A stretch of 63,292 nt of DNA, counting the filler, from Intoshia linei (lineage: Eukaryota; Animalia; Orthonectida), in the NCBI GenBank assembly GCA_001642005.1. It is 5 parts of 5 records of this genome, joined end to end, with 100 filler letters (N's around TTAATTAATTAA, not from the genome) between each part and the next. Parts side by side here need not be neighbours in the genome. Positions count along the whole stretch, not along the records: positions 21,944 to 34,133 come from LWCA01001102.1; positions 34,234 to 54,364 come from LWCA01000693.1; 3 more parts are not named here. One strand, written 5' to 3'. The position numbers and the translations under genes are program-made. Below the pieces are notes generated by a model that did no database searches, was not told where the DNA came from, and saw only the letters and a program-made list of their open reading frames with translations. How positions within the stretch are numbered: position 1 is the first letter of the stretch; every line of letters starts with the position of its first letter. This document shows, piece after piece, positions 24,182 to 36,802 of this stretch.

Positions 24182-26428
24182 ATGAATATACTCTATAGAA
24201 GCGAAAAAATATTAATCCAAATAGGAAATAATTACAATTATTATCAAAATGACTTACAATCAAGTACTGAAGAAATACTATCAAACCATCTACCAGTATA
24301 TCAAAAAAAATGAAATCCATCTATATTTAGAATATAAATTTACAAAAATGGAGAATTTATTCGAAAGTGATTTCAGATATTTTGTTTATCAATGTAATTC
24401 CAAGAGTTTACGGTGGAAAAGGAGGTTATTATATTAAATGTAATTATATAGAATATTTCACCATTTTCACAATGTTTCCACATAATGTATCGAAAATCCT
24501 GTAGTTATTTGCAAGAATCTACTAAAGACATTGCGTCTCTGTCACATGGAGAAAATTAAAAAATGATTTATTTAGATAATTTTGAAATTATAGTATTTTT
24601 TTGTGTTGTCTCAGCAAAAAAAATTGTTTTCTTTATATTGCAGTGTTAGAGTTATAATGTTTTATCTGCATTTTTGTCAAAAATGAGGTTTTTGTTGAAA
24701 AATGTTTTAAATCATATCTTTTACATTTTTACCAAAAAAATTAAGCTTGAAAATGTATTATTTTATGATATAATGAACATTTACTGGTTCAATTACTAAA
24801 TCTCGACTTGATAATTCCTATTAAAAATAACCTCACAGATTCTAAAAAAAAGATATTAAAAGTATGTTAATCAAAATGGACAATGAGTAAAGAATTTAAA
24901 TATATAAATTGATAAAAATTAATTTTGATGATAAAAATGTTAAATTTTAACAGTTTCTATAGAATAATGTTGTATTTGCAATTTTTTCAAATCAAATAAT
25001 TAGACAGATTGTTCCATTAGTGAAATTTAAGTTATGAAAAACCCTTATGTTTTTATTTTTATCGTACGAAACTTTTTAACATAAAAATTATATTTTAGGC
25101 AATATAGTACTTTTAAACTTTAAAGTCGATTTATAAAAAACTATGTTTATGCAGATAGAACATTATAACTCTAACACTGCGATATATTGATTTTGTTTTA
25201 CCCGTAATACATAATACATTACGTAATATAATATTAAAGTATATAAGCCTCAAATGATTAAAAAAATGTTAGATATCGGGAAAATAATTTGTCTTCACAG
25301 TGAATTAATGATACCCTCTATAGAAACAACTATTTTAACAATTTTATGAATCCCGTTCACCCTTGATCTTAAACATACTTAAAAATATATGAAAGTGATG
25401 AATATATAATTATAGAAATAAAGCTATAATTTAAAGGATTTGGATCAATGTTGCGGAAAATTGGTAGTCAAATTGAAAAAACGACAAATCGTGAATCTTG
25501 TCGCGACCTAGAAGGAAGAAGACTTCATAATATTAATTTTGAAAAAAGGTTTTATTATATATTATATATTCCTCATGTTTTTAAGATTGACAGAACATTT
25601 AAAGAAAAAAAAAGAAAAAGACAATGAAGAGACTACAATAAAAAAATTAGTTTTCAATCATAAATTTAATGATGAAGAATATTTTTCGCAACGAGAAATA
25701 ATTAAAAAGGATCATAGTGATGCAATTTCAAAGGGTTCATTCTTAATTTTAAAAAATTATTCAAATATAGGATTAAAAAGAAATTTGAATAAAGAAAATG
25801 AAAATAATAAAGTTGCCCCAAAAAAGAAGAAATCTATTTTTGATATGTAAGGGTCGTAAAATTTCATTTAATGTAGTTTAGTGAAGAATTTAATGATGCA
25901 ATATCAAGTGACAGTTCGGATGACGAATCACAATCAAAATCGGTGGAATTAGAAACCAAGCATGAATTCATAGAAGAATCTATTGAAAACCCATTTGTAG
26001 AACAACTAACTGAAACTCAACCGAAAGTTGATACAATTCTAGAATTATCCATAGAAGAAACCAACGATACAACAAACAAAAAAGACTGCGTTACAGAAAA
26101 TGTAGAAAACAATAAAAATTTAAAACTTAAAGATAACGATAAACATTCTAAAAAAATACCAATTCCTGTCATAGAACCCAACTCTGAATTTGTAATTTTT
26201 GAATGATACAATAATTATAAATTTATATAGATTGCATCGTTCAATTTGGATGATTATAAGTCTGCTTCTCACCTTTCGGAATGTGTAGATTTGCATAGTC
26301 TGAAAGTTTTACTTCAAAAAAGAAACTTAAAATGCGGTGGAACCAAAATTCAAAGAGCAGACAGACTTTACTCTATCAAGGATTTAGAAGTTGAAAATTA
26401 CCCTAAAAACATTCTTGCTAAAAAATAA
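24182..26428 (+). CDS. SDE2: Replication stress response / splicing regulator SDE2 (UBL-GG|KGG, C-terminal SAP)
   Basis: Exons about 24182-24295, 24331-24424, 25437-25548, 25586-25733, 25771-25845, 25882-26192, 26231-26428. Translation: [40 protein letters not shown] and [23 protein letters not shown]. Confidence 0.93.
24634..25186. mobile_element. MITE with ~35-bp TIRs in SDE2 intron 2
   Basis: TATATTGCAGTGTTAGAGTTATAATGTTTTATCTGCAT ... ATGCAGATAGAACATTATAACTCTAACACTGCGATATA; TA flanks. Confidence 0.85.
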
Positions 26429-26455
26429 TGTATTGTAAAATGTATTTTTAAATAT

Positions 26456-27607
26456 TTATTCACAAAAGTGTCCTTCGTTCAGGTAAAACATTTCATCTGA
26501 AGGTAAACAGCGTAGGTTTGCAGATAAAATGAAATTCCCTGAAAATTAATATATTTTAAAAATCATCAAAAAGCTTTTATATACTAAAAATATACCATAA
26601 ATGGTGCGTTTTTTTGTTTGAATATCTTGAACAATTTTTTGAAAGTTTTCGTACAATTGTGAAATTTCCCAATTTAGCTAAGAATTTTTATTAATGTTAA
26701 CATTTCGTTACGGCTCCAATTGGGAAAGTGGTTGTTGTGAATCCGTCGTCTATAGATCTCAATTTTGTGAAATAAGAAAGTCCGTATTTGAAACGTTCCA
26801 GCATGTACGGTATATCTGACGATACAGTCTCTATAAATGATGAATTATAACGATAAAAAGGAAAACCTTTTTTAAGTGATGGAAATTTTGTCTCGGGTAT
26901 ATATTTTTTAGCCTTGCTTAGCAAACCAACTGCATTTGATGAACACAACACATAGTCAATTTGTTCCCAATTGTATTCTCCATTTTTTATCTTTACATTT
27001 TTAAATTTACAAAAATTTATAAATTTGAATACCGCTTTGATGACACTTTCTCCTCCGCTAATGTCAATATTCAATTTATCAGCAATAGTTCGTTCTTCCT
27101 CACTCTGTATTACAGATTAAATGTGTTAATGTCGTGAAAATTTACCATTGTAACAAATAATATATATCTAGAATAATTTTCTTGGATGGTATGCGGAATC
27201 AACACGGTACTGTTAAAATCTGATAAAAATTGTGTCTACATATAGATTCAAATTAAAAAGTTTTATTTTAAACCTTTTTTTTTGTTCGAGTATCCAATTT
27301 TACTGTGGCTTCAACAGTGTTTTGCATAAAATTGCCCATTTCTGGAATAGCAAATTCTCTGTGGTTATTTATTGCATCTGTAAAGCTGCATGTGACGGGA
27401 TTGTAAAATTTTTTTATGTAGATACTTTCTGATGGATTATCTGCCCAATAGGTGATGTTTTCGTTTTCTGATTTTATTTTTCTATTTTCAAATTTTTATC
27501 AAATTTAAATATTTATACTTTATCATTTTTTCTCTAGGTTTACTCTCATGGGGACGTCTCATTTTTCTACTATTGCGTATGAAAGATTTTACAAATTTGG
27601 TCAACAT
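26456..27607 (-). CDS. MRPL1: Mitochondrial ribosomal protein L1 (uL1m)
   Basis: Spliced: basic N-terminus MLTKFVKSFIRNSRKMRR, then SIYIKKFY..DAINNHREFAIPEM..VKLDTRTKKK..STVLIPH..SGGESVIKA..SSDIPYMLERFKYG..IGA..FILSANLRCLPSDEMFYL, collinear with metazoan MRPL1. Confidence 0.85.
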
Positions 27608-27977
27608 TTTATCTTTATAGCGATGAATTATTTGTTTACGTGGCTACTGTTCTTTTTATTATTTTTATTTTACAAATACTTTCAAAATTTACCATTTGAG
27701 CTTACCCTAAATATTTTTGTTTAATTGGATTGATAATTCTTAGTTTTACCAGTGCGGAAACTACAGTACCGATAAATCCATCTTCTCGGTGCCTCGACGA
27801 AATTTTTGTAAAATTGACCAAATAGTTTTCTGAATTTATGAATCACGTACACTTTCAGGATAGGTATGTGAGTTGGGCAATAATTCTATGAAATACTGTT
27901 TTTTTTTCCAATTTAAAATAAATATTTACGATAAAAATAATTATAAATATTCAAAACTAACCAAATGGTTACCATTA

Positions 27978-28150
27978 TCCTTACTTATATAATATGCTAC
28001 GCAATATTTGTTTTGTGTGTGTTCTACTTTATTTCAATAACTAATCTTAGAATTTTATAAAGTCCACATTTTAATTACAGTTTTTTCCGGGCTGTTAATA
28101 AGATAAATTTCAAATTCTCAAAATCATACCTTACGGTCAAAAACCTCAAT
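27978..28150 (+). mobile_element. Helitron 5' fragment
   Basis: A|TCCTTACTTATATAATATGCTACGC start block. Confidence 0.7.
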
Positions 28151-28593
28151 TGTTTCTTAGATTAACTTTTTGTAAAAAGTACAAACAGTGCCAGTTTAAC
28201 CGAGGGCAGACGTTTCTAAGTATATTGATTAATATCAAATTTGTTCATTTTATCAACGAGAAAATTATAAATAAAAATGAACTGATCAAAAAAATAAAAT
28301 AAATTAATTTTTTGAAATTTTTGTTAACATTATCTTAATAATAACATACGGTTAATACGGTATTGTAAATTTCAATTTGTTACTCCAATTTTTAAATTTA
28401 AATTTACTCTCATTCACGTCTAAATGGGAAATTAATAGAAATTTTATTATTTTGGCAAATGAAAATGTCAATACATGGGTATAATTGGGTGTACAAATGT
28501 ATTCCAAATTCTAATAAATTTCAAAATACTAAAAATATATGGATTTTTCAGGTTGAAATTTTTTTTCTAGATAAATTGAAATTTACAAAATTT

Positions 28594-28728
28594 TTAAAGG
28601 ATTGATAATAGTGAATATAGGATTTTTAAGTTTGATTTTCAACGTTAACTTATTTTTTTTGTAGAATAAAAATGTCCCCTTGGCAGAGCTAGCTGCTGTT
28701 TGTACGTAGTACATAACAGTCAACCCAG
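28594..28728 (+). mobile_element. Helitron 3' fragment
   Basis: GGCAGAGCTAGCTGCTGTTTGTACGTAGTACATAACAGTCAACCCAG|T. Confidence 0.7.
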
Positions 28729-28994
28729 TTATAATTATAATTTAAGAGAAAAGAAGTGGAACCATTGAAGATTTAAATCAACTTATTGTAATGATTAAAT
28801 CGTCTAAGCGCGTAAGTAAAAAATTAGTAACACCGATTAAGTCATGGGGTGTTACAACAATACGGTGAAATCAACTTATCACAGAAGCAGAGCTATCGAA
28901 TATGAAAAAATTTCATAAAAGTGTATTATTTGTTGTAGTACAAAATCAAATATCGTTTAATATTATCTTTTAAAAAGTTTCTTTATTTTATTTT

Positions 28995-29570
28995 TTTTAA
29001 TTGTATCATGAAGAGTATGAATGACCATTTGTCCGTTCATATTACTTGTAATATTTTGACAATCATATAATATTAAATTCTGAGGTGTTTCTAATGTTCC
29101 GATCATAGTATTAATGTACTTATATCAATTTAAATCAGTTTCGTCCATAATGATAAAGATTAATTTATTAATACAATAATTTTTTATTTTCTCTAATTTC
29201 TTCAAATACAAAGCATCACTTTTATTTCTGCAATTGGTTTCAGATGGCAAAATTATTTTATTTTTTTTTTAAATACTGTTCTTAACATAAAATTATTTTA
29301 TTTTTTTAGAGGTATGTCCGCAGATAGAAATGCTTCCGCCATTTCTGTTGCAAAGTCATCCGATGTTTTAATTGAACTTCCAATACTGACAATATGCATA
29401 AAACTCTTGTTTTGCTAATTTGTGGTGTAATTAAACAAAATTTAATTTTGTAAAAGTAACATTGCAACATTTCATACAAAATAAATTGTCGTCATTCTTA
29501 GTAAATTCACTAGGATAAAGTTTTGTAATATTGTAAATTTTTTCATATTTAGATTTCGCATATTTTGGCA
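28995..29570 (-). pseudogene. hAT-superfamily (CGGBP1-like) transposase relic
   Basis: DDFATEMAEAFLSADIPLKKINN..LPSETNCR..IFIIMDETD..YINTMIGTL with frameshift and stop. Confidence 0.7.
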
Positions 29571-30514
29571 TGCTTAAAAAAACATTAATCGTATGAAAGT
29601 ATTGCTAAATTACCTGCATTGTGAATAGAAATAAGTTAAGTTATTTAATTAATAAAAATTAATAGTAAGTTTATTTACTACAATCATGCATAAAATAAAA
29701 GTACAAAACAAAATTGTATAAAATAAAATTTAACTTTTGACAGATATTATTTAACTTTATCAAATTTTAATTAGCCAATTAATAAATGTAAAATTATTAT
29801 CATTGTAATTGTAATTTGATACGTATCATATGAACATATCAAAATTTGCCCTTGTTAAAAAATAATCGCCCTAATTATTAGTATACTAATAATTACACAG
29901 TGCAACACTAAAACAATACAAGGATGATGAATACATCATCTTGTTCGTCTCGATGGGTTGGTCAACGTGACATCAATATTATTTTTCAATCACGTCTAAC
30001 TTGTTTTTAAAATTGAGATATAAAGTTGTGTAAATGCCCAAAATAGGGGATTTTTCAAAACTATATGAAACAAATTTCAAAATTCCGAGAATATATTTTA
30101 TGTAGCACCATAAATAGATTCATTGTCATACAATACTTTTTTTAATCAATAATATCATACTTTTTGAGAAATACCATGCGACGTAACGCATCGTGTGTGT
30201 TAAACAAAAGTGTTAAATCATGTGATGTTCGAGTATTCATTCAAAAGTATAATTGTTGCTGATATGTAATTAGTGTAAAAAGGCAATTAAATTGATATTT
30301 CACATACTCTCAGTAGAATTGACATGTAACATGTATGCGTTACCCAACCGTTCTATTTTGGAGCGGTACATGTCCGTATAAACCACATACTGAACCTCAA
30401 AATATTTAGTATATTAATTACCATCCTAATTTTGAGAAAATGAAATTTCAGATTGAGAAAAATTAAATGTAACAAAAAAAATGTATTATATAAAAAATGT
30501 TAAAAGTGTTAATT

Positions 30515-33500
30515 TCAATTTTCAATATCTGAAATGATATTTTTGTGGAGGGTTAAATTGCAATCGGCTCCCCAATTAAAGTGTATGTGGTTCCAATTTT
30601 GATAAACGCGTGTCTTTATAATGTTGGGCAAGATTCCTTCTAATATTTCAATATTCTAAATAACAATTTAAACATCATAAAAATTGCAGAATGCGCTTCA
30701 ATCTGCATTCAATGCATATTGAAAAAATTAAAAAAAACAACTAATAACTGACCTCTGGATTAGCTATATCATCATGAGTTCCAACATATACAACAGTTTT
30801 TACTTTTATATTGGAATAATTGTAGGGTGGAATTTTACACTAAATATCTTGTTATTGAAATATACTATAATTCAGTGATTCTTAACCTGGGCGATAGCGC
30901 CCCCCTTGGGGCGTTTTTATGATTGAATATGGGGTGAAAAAAAATTGGGGCGATATTGGCGAAAATATTTTTATCGCATCAGTTGGAATTCCAATATATC
31001 ATCAGATTATAACCATTCAATGAGCCTAGCTGGTACAGTGGTTATTGTCACATGATTATTTTGTAGAAAGGGTTTGTATTCATCTTTGGAATCTTTTTAT
31101 TTATGTGAACTCGTTAGAATTAAACATTACATGCAATTTTAATTAACAACCTAATTAGTATTTATAATACACGAAACACAGAAATACCAGAGTATGCAAT
31201 AAATCCATTCAATGTTTATGTTAATTAAATTCCATCGAATTTAGTAGAAGAATTAATTGACTTACAAAATGACATTGAGGCACAATTCATTTTTAAACAA
31301 AATTGTTACTCTACCTTATTTTTTCAAAAAAAGAATGCATATCCAAATCTTTGGAATAAGGTGAAATTGTTACTATTGGCCTTTCCATCTACTAACCTTG
31401 GTGAGAAAGGTTTTATCGTAGTAGCTGATCTTCAATCAAAAAAGAGAAACAAACTACATTTATCAAAACGGGGTAACTTGAGATTATGCTTAACAAATAT
31501 CGCTCCTGATATTGAAAAATTATCAAATAGTTATCAATATCAGGGTAGTCATTAATAATAAATTTTATCTTTTCTTTGTAAAACTTAAACATTTATAATG
31601 TCATGATTCCACTTAATATTTCTCATTTCAAATTTGTTACATTTATTCATTATAATATATTTTTCTTTTTTTTTACATACTCAGTTTTTATCCTATTTTT
31701 TTGTATATATTATTTTCATGATCCATCAAATTAAAAAAATAATCTCAAATTTCATTTGTATATTTCTTAAGATATCCAAATAACAATTATTAATTGCTTT
31801 TGTTATTGTATTCCGTATCAACTCTACTGCACATTTATAAACTTTGTAAATTAAAAAAATATCGATTGTCTTTATGAGGCGATAATTTTATTGTTGTTGA
31901 AAAATGGGCGATTCTCCAAAAAAGGTTAAGAACCACCGCTATAATTGATGATTTTAATATACCGAATTATAAATTATCTTGTTTTTAGCACAACCATTAT
32001 CAAATGGTTGAAAAATTCCATTATTCTCGTAAACCTAGATTTAAAATAAAGTAAAAATTTGATGAATAATCAATTATTCATTTATTCGTAGTTCGTACCT
32101 GAAGGTAATGTTTCATATTTTTGAATGAAGTTCCAGCGGGTGAGTGTTTTAAAATATAGGAAATATCAGACTAAACATTTTCAATTATTAGATATAAAAT
32201 TGTAAATTTCAAAGTTCTGCGTGTCATTGCAACAATTTACATACCATCAAAATTTTTAAAATTTAGTTTAACGCAATTTACCTAAGATAATCAAAAATAC
32301 TATATATAAATTTTTTGGAACCCTTATAAACTTTCGATCAATAATAGCGAACGATTTCCTCTCAAAAATCTGATCCTGAAGCAAATTTTTTTCAAATTAC
32401 GTTCAAATCAACAAAATTCAACTAACAAAAAAAATTTTTTCAACATTTTCATTTCGTTGATAATATTTTAAAAATTAATATGTAAATAAAAATTTCTAAA
32501 ATTAAAATTTAATTAAATGGGTATCATGCATATACATTTTTAACTATTCAATTATAAGATATATCTATTGTTAAATGTATAAATAAGTTTAAAAAAACAT
32601 AAAACAGCTAATTGCTAATAAAATTGCTAAAAGTGGTCTGGTTAATCTCTTCATATTGTATGTATGTAAGCTAATTTTAAATTTTAAAATTACGGAATCA
32701 TTTGTATTATTAATCAAAAATTTTAGTAAAAATATCCATGTTGCAATAATACACAAATTGAACCCAAAAATCTTTAATAATAATTACTTTCTTAAAGCAT
32801 TTATCGTCATCACCACAAACAGCATTAATTGAGAAAGAACAAAGTCGATGGCTAATGAATTTACAAAATAATGTTAATACAGAATCAACAATATATATAT
32901 TTTTTAGGAATTCGTGTTTGAAAATTGTAACAAATATTGACTAAATGTTGTTCAATATGTTAATAACATTTATAGACGTAAATATCATTATCAATAAACA
33001 TATTTTAAAAACATGTAAATAATATGTACAATAATAATAATAATATAATATATATACAAAATATATATATAATAATAATACAATAATAATATATAAATAA
33101 ATATAATAATATGTATGTATGTAATAGAGTCGTAGCATTTTAAAAACCATATATTCTGGGACAGTTTTTAAAAAAAATGCAAGAATTCTTCCTTGACATT
33201 AAATAAATTTGATAGTAACAATGAACTTTTTTTATAGAAACTTAAATTTAAAAGCATCATTTTATCGTATCTTGGCACAATAGATGAGAACCCTGATATA
33301 GTATTACATTATACACATGTACTTTATTATATAGTTGTTATTAATAAACTTACATAAAAAGGAGAACGAAATGCGTTCAGTATGAGCGTTGACATTACAT
33401 TTAAGCTCCGTAAAGTTGCAACTGGAGCCAAAGCATAGTGTTTTATTATCTAATATTAAATTTTAATCTTCCCTGTTATTTACATAAAAATAAATACTTT

Positions 33501-33648
33501 ATCATTCCATTCTGGTTTTATTGAAAGTAAAATAAAAAGTATTATCGTTCCTTGTGAATGCCCAATGTAATCAATTTTATCAATGTTATTCAATTTCATC
33601 ACATAATCCAACATGGCAGGCAAATCGTATTTAGCCATTTCATGAAAA
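30515..33648 (-). CDS. Acid lipase (gastric/lysosomal lipase family), 3' portion; 5' exons not found
   Basis: Exons encode FHEMAKYDLPAMLDYV..YIGHSQGT, YALAPVA, HSPAGTSFKNMKHYLQ, PPYNYSNI..GTHDDIA and WNHIHFNWG, ending TGA at 30515. Ser-Asp-His triad present. Confidence 0.92.
30873..31938 (+). mobile_element. Internally deleted hAT (Buster/Charlie-type) element in lipase intron
   Basis: TIRs CAGTGATTCTTAACC / GGTTAAGAACCACCG; perfect 8-bp TSD CTATAATT; transposase C-terminus LLLAFPST..EKGF..KKRNKL..RGNLRL..QGSH. Confidence 0.92.
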
Positions 33649-34233
33649 CTTAATTTTAATAGATTAATGCAATTATTAACTACATAAAATTTGATAAAAT
33701 ATACTTACACGTTAAATATAATATAAATAATTTTGTTGTTTGTATTCAGTGAACTTTAAATTTAAATTATAATTATTTAATCTGCATTTTTAGGTATTAT
33801 TTACTGATTTATTTGTACTTAATTTAGATTTTTAACTAAGAGATAAATATACATTAGGCCCTAATTAATGATTAGGCTGTCACACATTTTTGAGAAACAA
33901 GGGTGCTTAGTACTCAATGTCTTTAGTTGTACGATATAAATCTTATTACATTATACAATTACTTATATACATCATAGTCTGTAGGTATAAAACAGTGTTT
34001 CTAAAATTTACCAAAATGTAAGTGATGTAGCGAAAAATTCACTACATTATAAACTAGTTTTATACACTGCTAAAAAAAAGTTTGGGACATTCATAAAATA
34101 TTATATAAATAGTTGTTAAAATCATTTAAATATNNNNNNNNNNNNNNNNNNNNNNNNNNNNNNNNNNNNNNNNNNNNTTAATTAATTAANNNNNNNNNNN
34201 NNNNNNNNNNNNNNNNNNNNNNNNNNNNNNNNN

Positions 34234-34436
34234 AATGCCATAATTTGACCCTTTTCAAAATCAGTTAAAGGTTTACCTCTGCCCATTACTAAAATATACA
34301 TAAATAAATTATATATTATTGAGAAGATACTATATATATAAACATAATGAAAATGGTAATTACATTTTTAAATTTAATTATGGTATAAAAGAAGTGATTT
34401 TAATTTGAAGTGTCCTATGTTTATTGCGCGCACTGT
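34234..34436 (-). mobile_element. Tc1/Tc3-like element left end with transposase start
   Basis: TA|CAGTGCGCGCAATAAACATAGGACAC terminus; MGRGKPLTDFEKGQIMA runs into the gap. Confidence 0.75.
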
Positions 34437-34631
34437 ATATACCAAAAAATTACACTCATAAATTTATATTGGTTTGCATACAAACCAAAATAAGGCGGTA
34501 CCAATATAAATTATGAACAAATTACTTCTCACACACTAACATGTAATATACGTAAAAATTAATTTTATTATCAATATTTACTTTGTGCCAACAATAAAAT
34601 AATTTATATTTGAAAATACAATAGACGCGAC

Positions 34632-35211
34632 TAGTGCTTCCGCAATGAATAATTGTTCATTTGTTTGTTCGTCAAACAATTAATCGAACAACTGAAATTT
34701 ATTTTGTATAATATTACTTTATTTGTTGTTAGGTTATATTATTTTTTATGAAATTTTTGGACACATGATATTTTCGTAAAACTAATTTTGTATGTAACAT
34801 AGAAACTAATAAAATTACTTTCTAGTTCGGTGACAATTATTTTTACATTAAGAGATGAATTCAAAGTCTAAAGCTTGGGAAAATTTTAATAATTTAACTT
34901 GTATTGTATTTCAATTTTAAATATATTTTAAATATAATAATTCCAAAATAAAAATCTTGCAAAATACAATTTATAAAAAGAGCATAACTTGATCATATTA
35001 TTCGATTAATTAGTGCGACCAGAAGTACGACTTTTTAAAACTAAATAAACTTATAAATTGAAATTTAACTTAAATGTTCATTTTTCTAATGAAAAATTAA
35101 TCAAAAACATATTTTGTTTCTAAGCAATAAAGTACTACTTTTAATACGACAAAAATATGGTCAGCCTAGATTAATTGGTGAACAATCGATGAATAATTGC
35201 GGAAGCAACTA
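34632..35211. mobile_element. hAT-type MITE
   Basis: TIRs TAGTGCTTCCGCAAT / ATTGCGGAAGCAACTA; perfect 8-bp TSD GACGCGAC. Confidence 0.88.
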
Positions 35212-35483
35212 GACGCGACGTGATTGTAATTGCGTGTCATAAATTAATAGTTATATACTTTACGAGTTAAGATTTTCCATTATTTACTTTACGCAAGACG
35301 AGTTGATTAAATTACACGAGTCTTTAAGTAAAATAAAGTCAATGAGAAAATTCTTGACGAATATAGTAAATCTATTTATATTTAGCAAATATGCATTTAA
35401 AAAAAATACATTTATATTTGAAATAAACTAATTTTTCAAAATAACTATAATGGTTTAATGATTTTCATTATTGTCAATCGAAA

Positions 35484-35891
35484 ATGAATGTACCACGAGA
35501 AATTAAAGACGTAATTTTTGATTGCAAATCTGTATCAATTTACAATAAATGGCATGAAAAGTTTGTCGAATATACGAAGACAAATAATATTGAAATAAGA
35601 GAATTTAGGCGACTGTTATGGCCAATATGAGAGTTAACAAGATATCACTGAAGGTATGACTTTTTTATTTAAATTTTATGATTTTTTTAGCGTCAGTTCA
35701 GGTGGAAAAGCGATACTGTTGTAGATGGATATGTGGAAGCTACTTATTCCAATAAATTGGGACTTGCAAAAACATTAAATAAAGAGGTATTGATAAACAA
35801 TGAAAAAATTGTCGTGAAAACAAAAGAAAAAAGCATTAAATTACAATTAAACCATTGTGTATTTAATAATTGTACATTAATGCATTTCTGA
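35484..35891 (+). pseudogene. Crypton-like tyrosine recombinase relic (internally deleted, one intron)
   Basis: MNVPREIK..KSVSIYNKWHEKFVEY N-terminus joined out of frame to ATVMAN..SLK[37-nt GT-AG intron 35654-35690]RQFRWKSDTVVDGYVE..K..LA..FNNCT. WKS..GY carries the catalytic Tyr motif of YR transposons. Confidence 0.7.
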
Positions 35892-36802
35892 ATTTTAAAT
35901 AAATTATAATTACAAAATAATTTACAAAATTAAGTGTATATAATTTTTAAGGTTAGACTTAACGATAATATATTCAATTCTATTATTTAACTAGTTAAAT
36001 AAAAAAATATTATTTTACGCTAAATCATATACATCTTTTAAGTGATTCAACAATTTATACATTTATTATTGAAATAAATAACTCATTATTCTAAATATTT
36101 TATGTTGTAAAAATAAACTGCTTTACAGTAAAGATAATATTTGAGTAAAGTTACTCTTTAGTATACGCTAACATATAAATATATTATATTGCTAAATCTT
36201 AGCCAAATTTAAGTTGTTCACTATACAAATCAATGGCATTTGAAATTTGTGAATTTTAGTGTTTTTTAACATTTCAAAACGGAAATTTTTTTCTTTTAAT
36301 TTTGACAATCAGCATAGTCTCGTAAGGGTTAAGTTGAAATACACTAAAATTGAAGTAATAATTTTACTGGTCATTAATTTAGTTATAGTAAACTAATTAT
36401 GTGAAAAAATAAAAGTTTTTTAAAAACATTAAATTCATTTAGATTCAATATTACAAGTTTTAGGTCATTGCAATACTTGTGATGTGCCAATTAATTTAAA
36501 GAAACTTAATATTAACACAGCGTAATATTTATGATATTCAACAACCGTAGTATATTTTATTTACCTTATTATTTTAATATTTATTTATTTGAAATGTGTA
36601 GACGTTCAATGCACATTTTTTTTTAAATTGTAGGATCAATATTTTCAATTATTATTTTAATTAGTACTACGTTGACTGTTATATACTATGTACAAACAGC
36701 ACCTAGCTCTGCCGAGTGCACATTTTTATTATACCCAAAAAATAAATTCACATTGAAAATCTAACTTAAAAATCCTACTATTCACTATTATTAATCCTTT
36801 AA

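Noticed and set aside
32941-33150. Tyr/Ile-rich ORF (also 1205-1390, 2019-2231, 11146-11343, 48790-48972, 59984-60175)
   Set aside because: Low-complexity AT or repeat-derived frames in introns and TEs.
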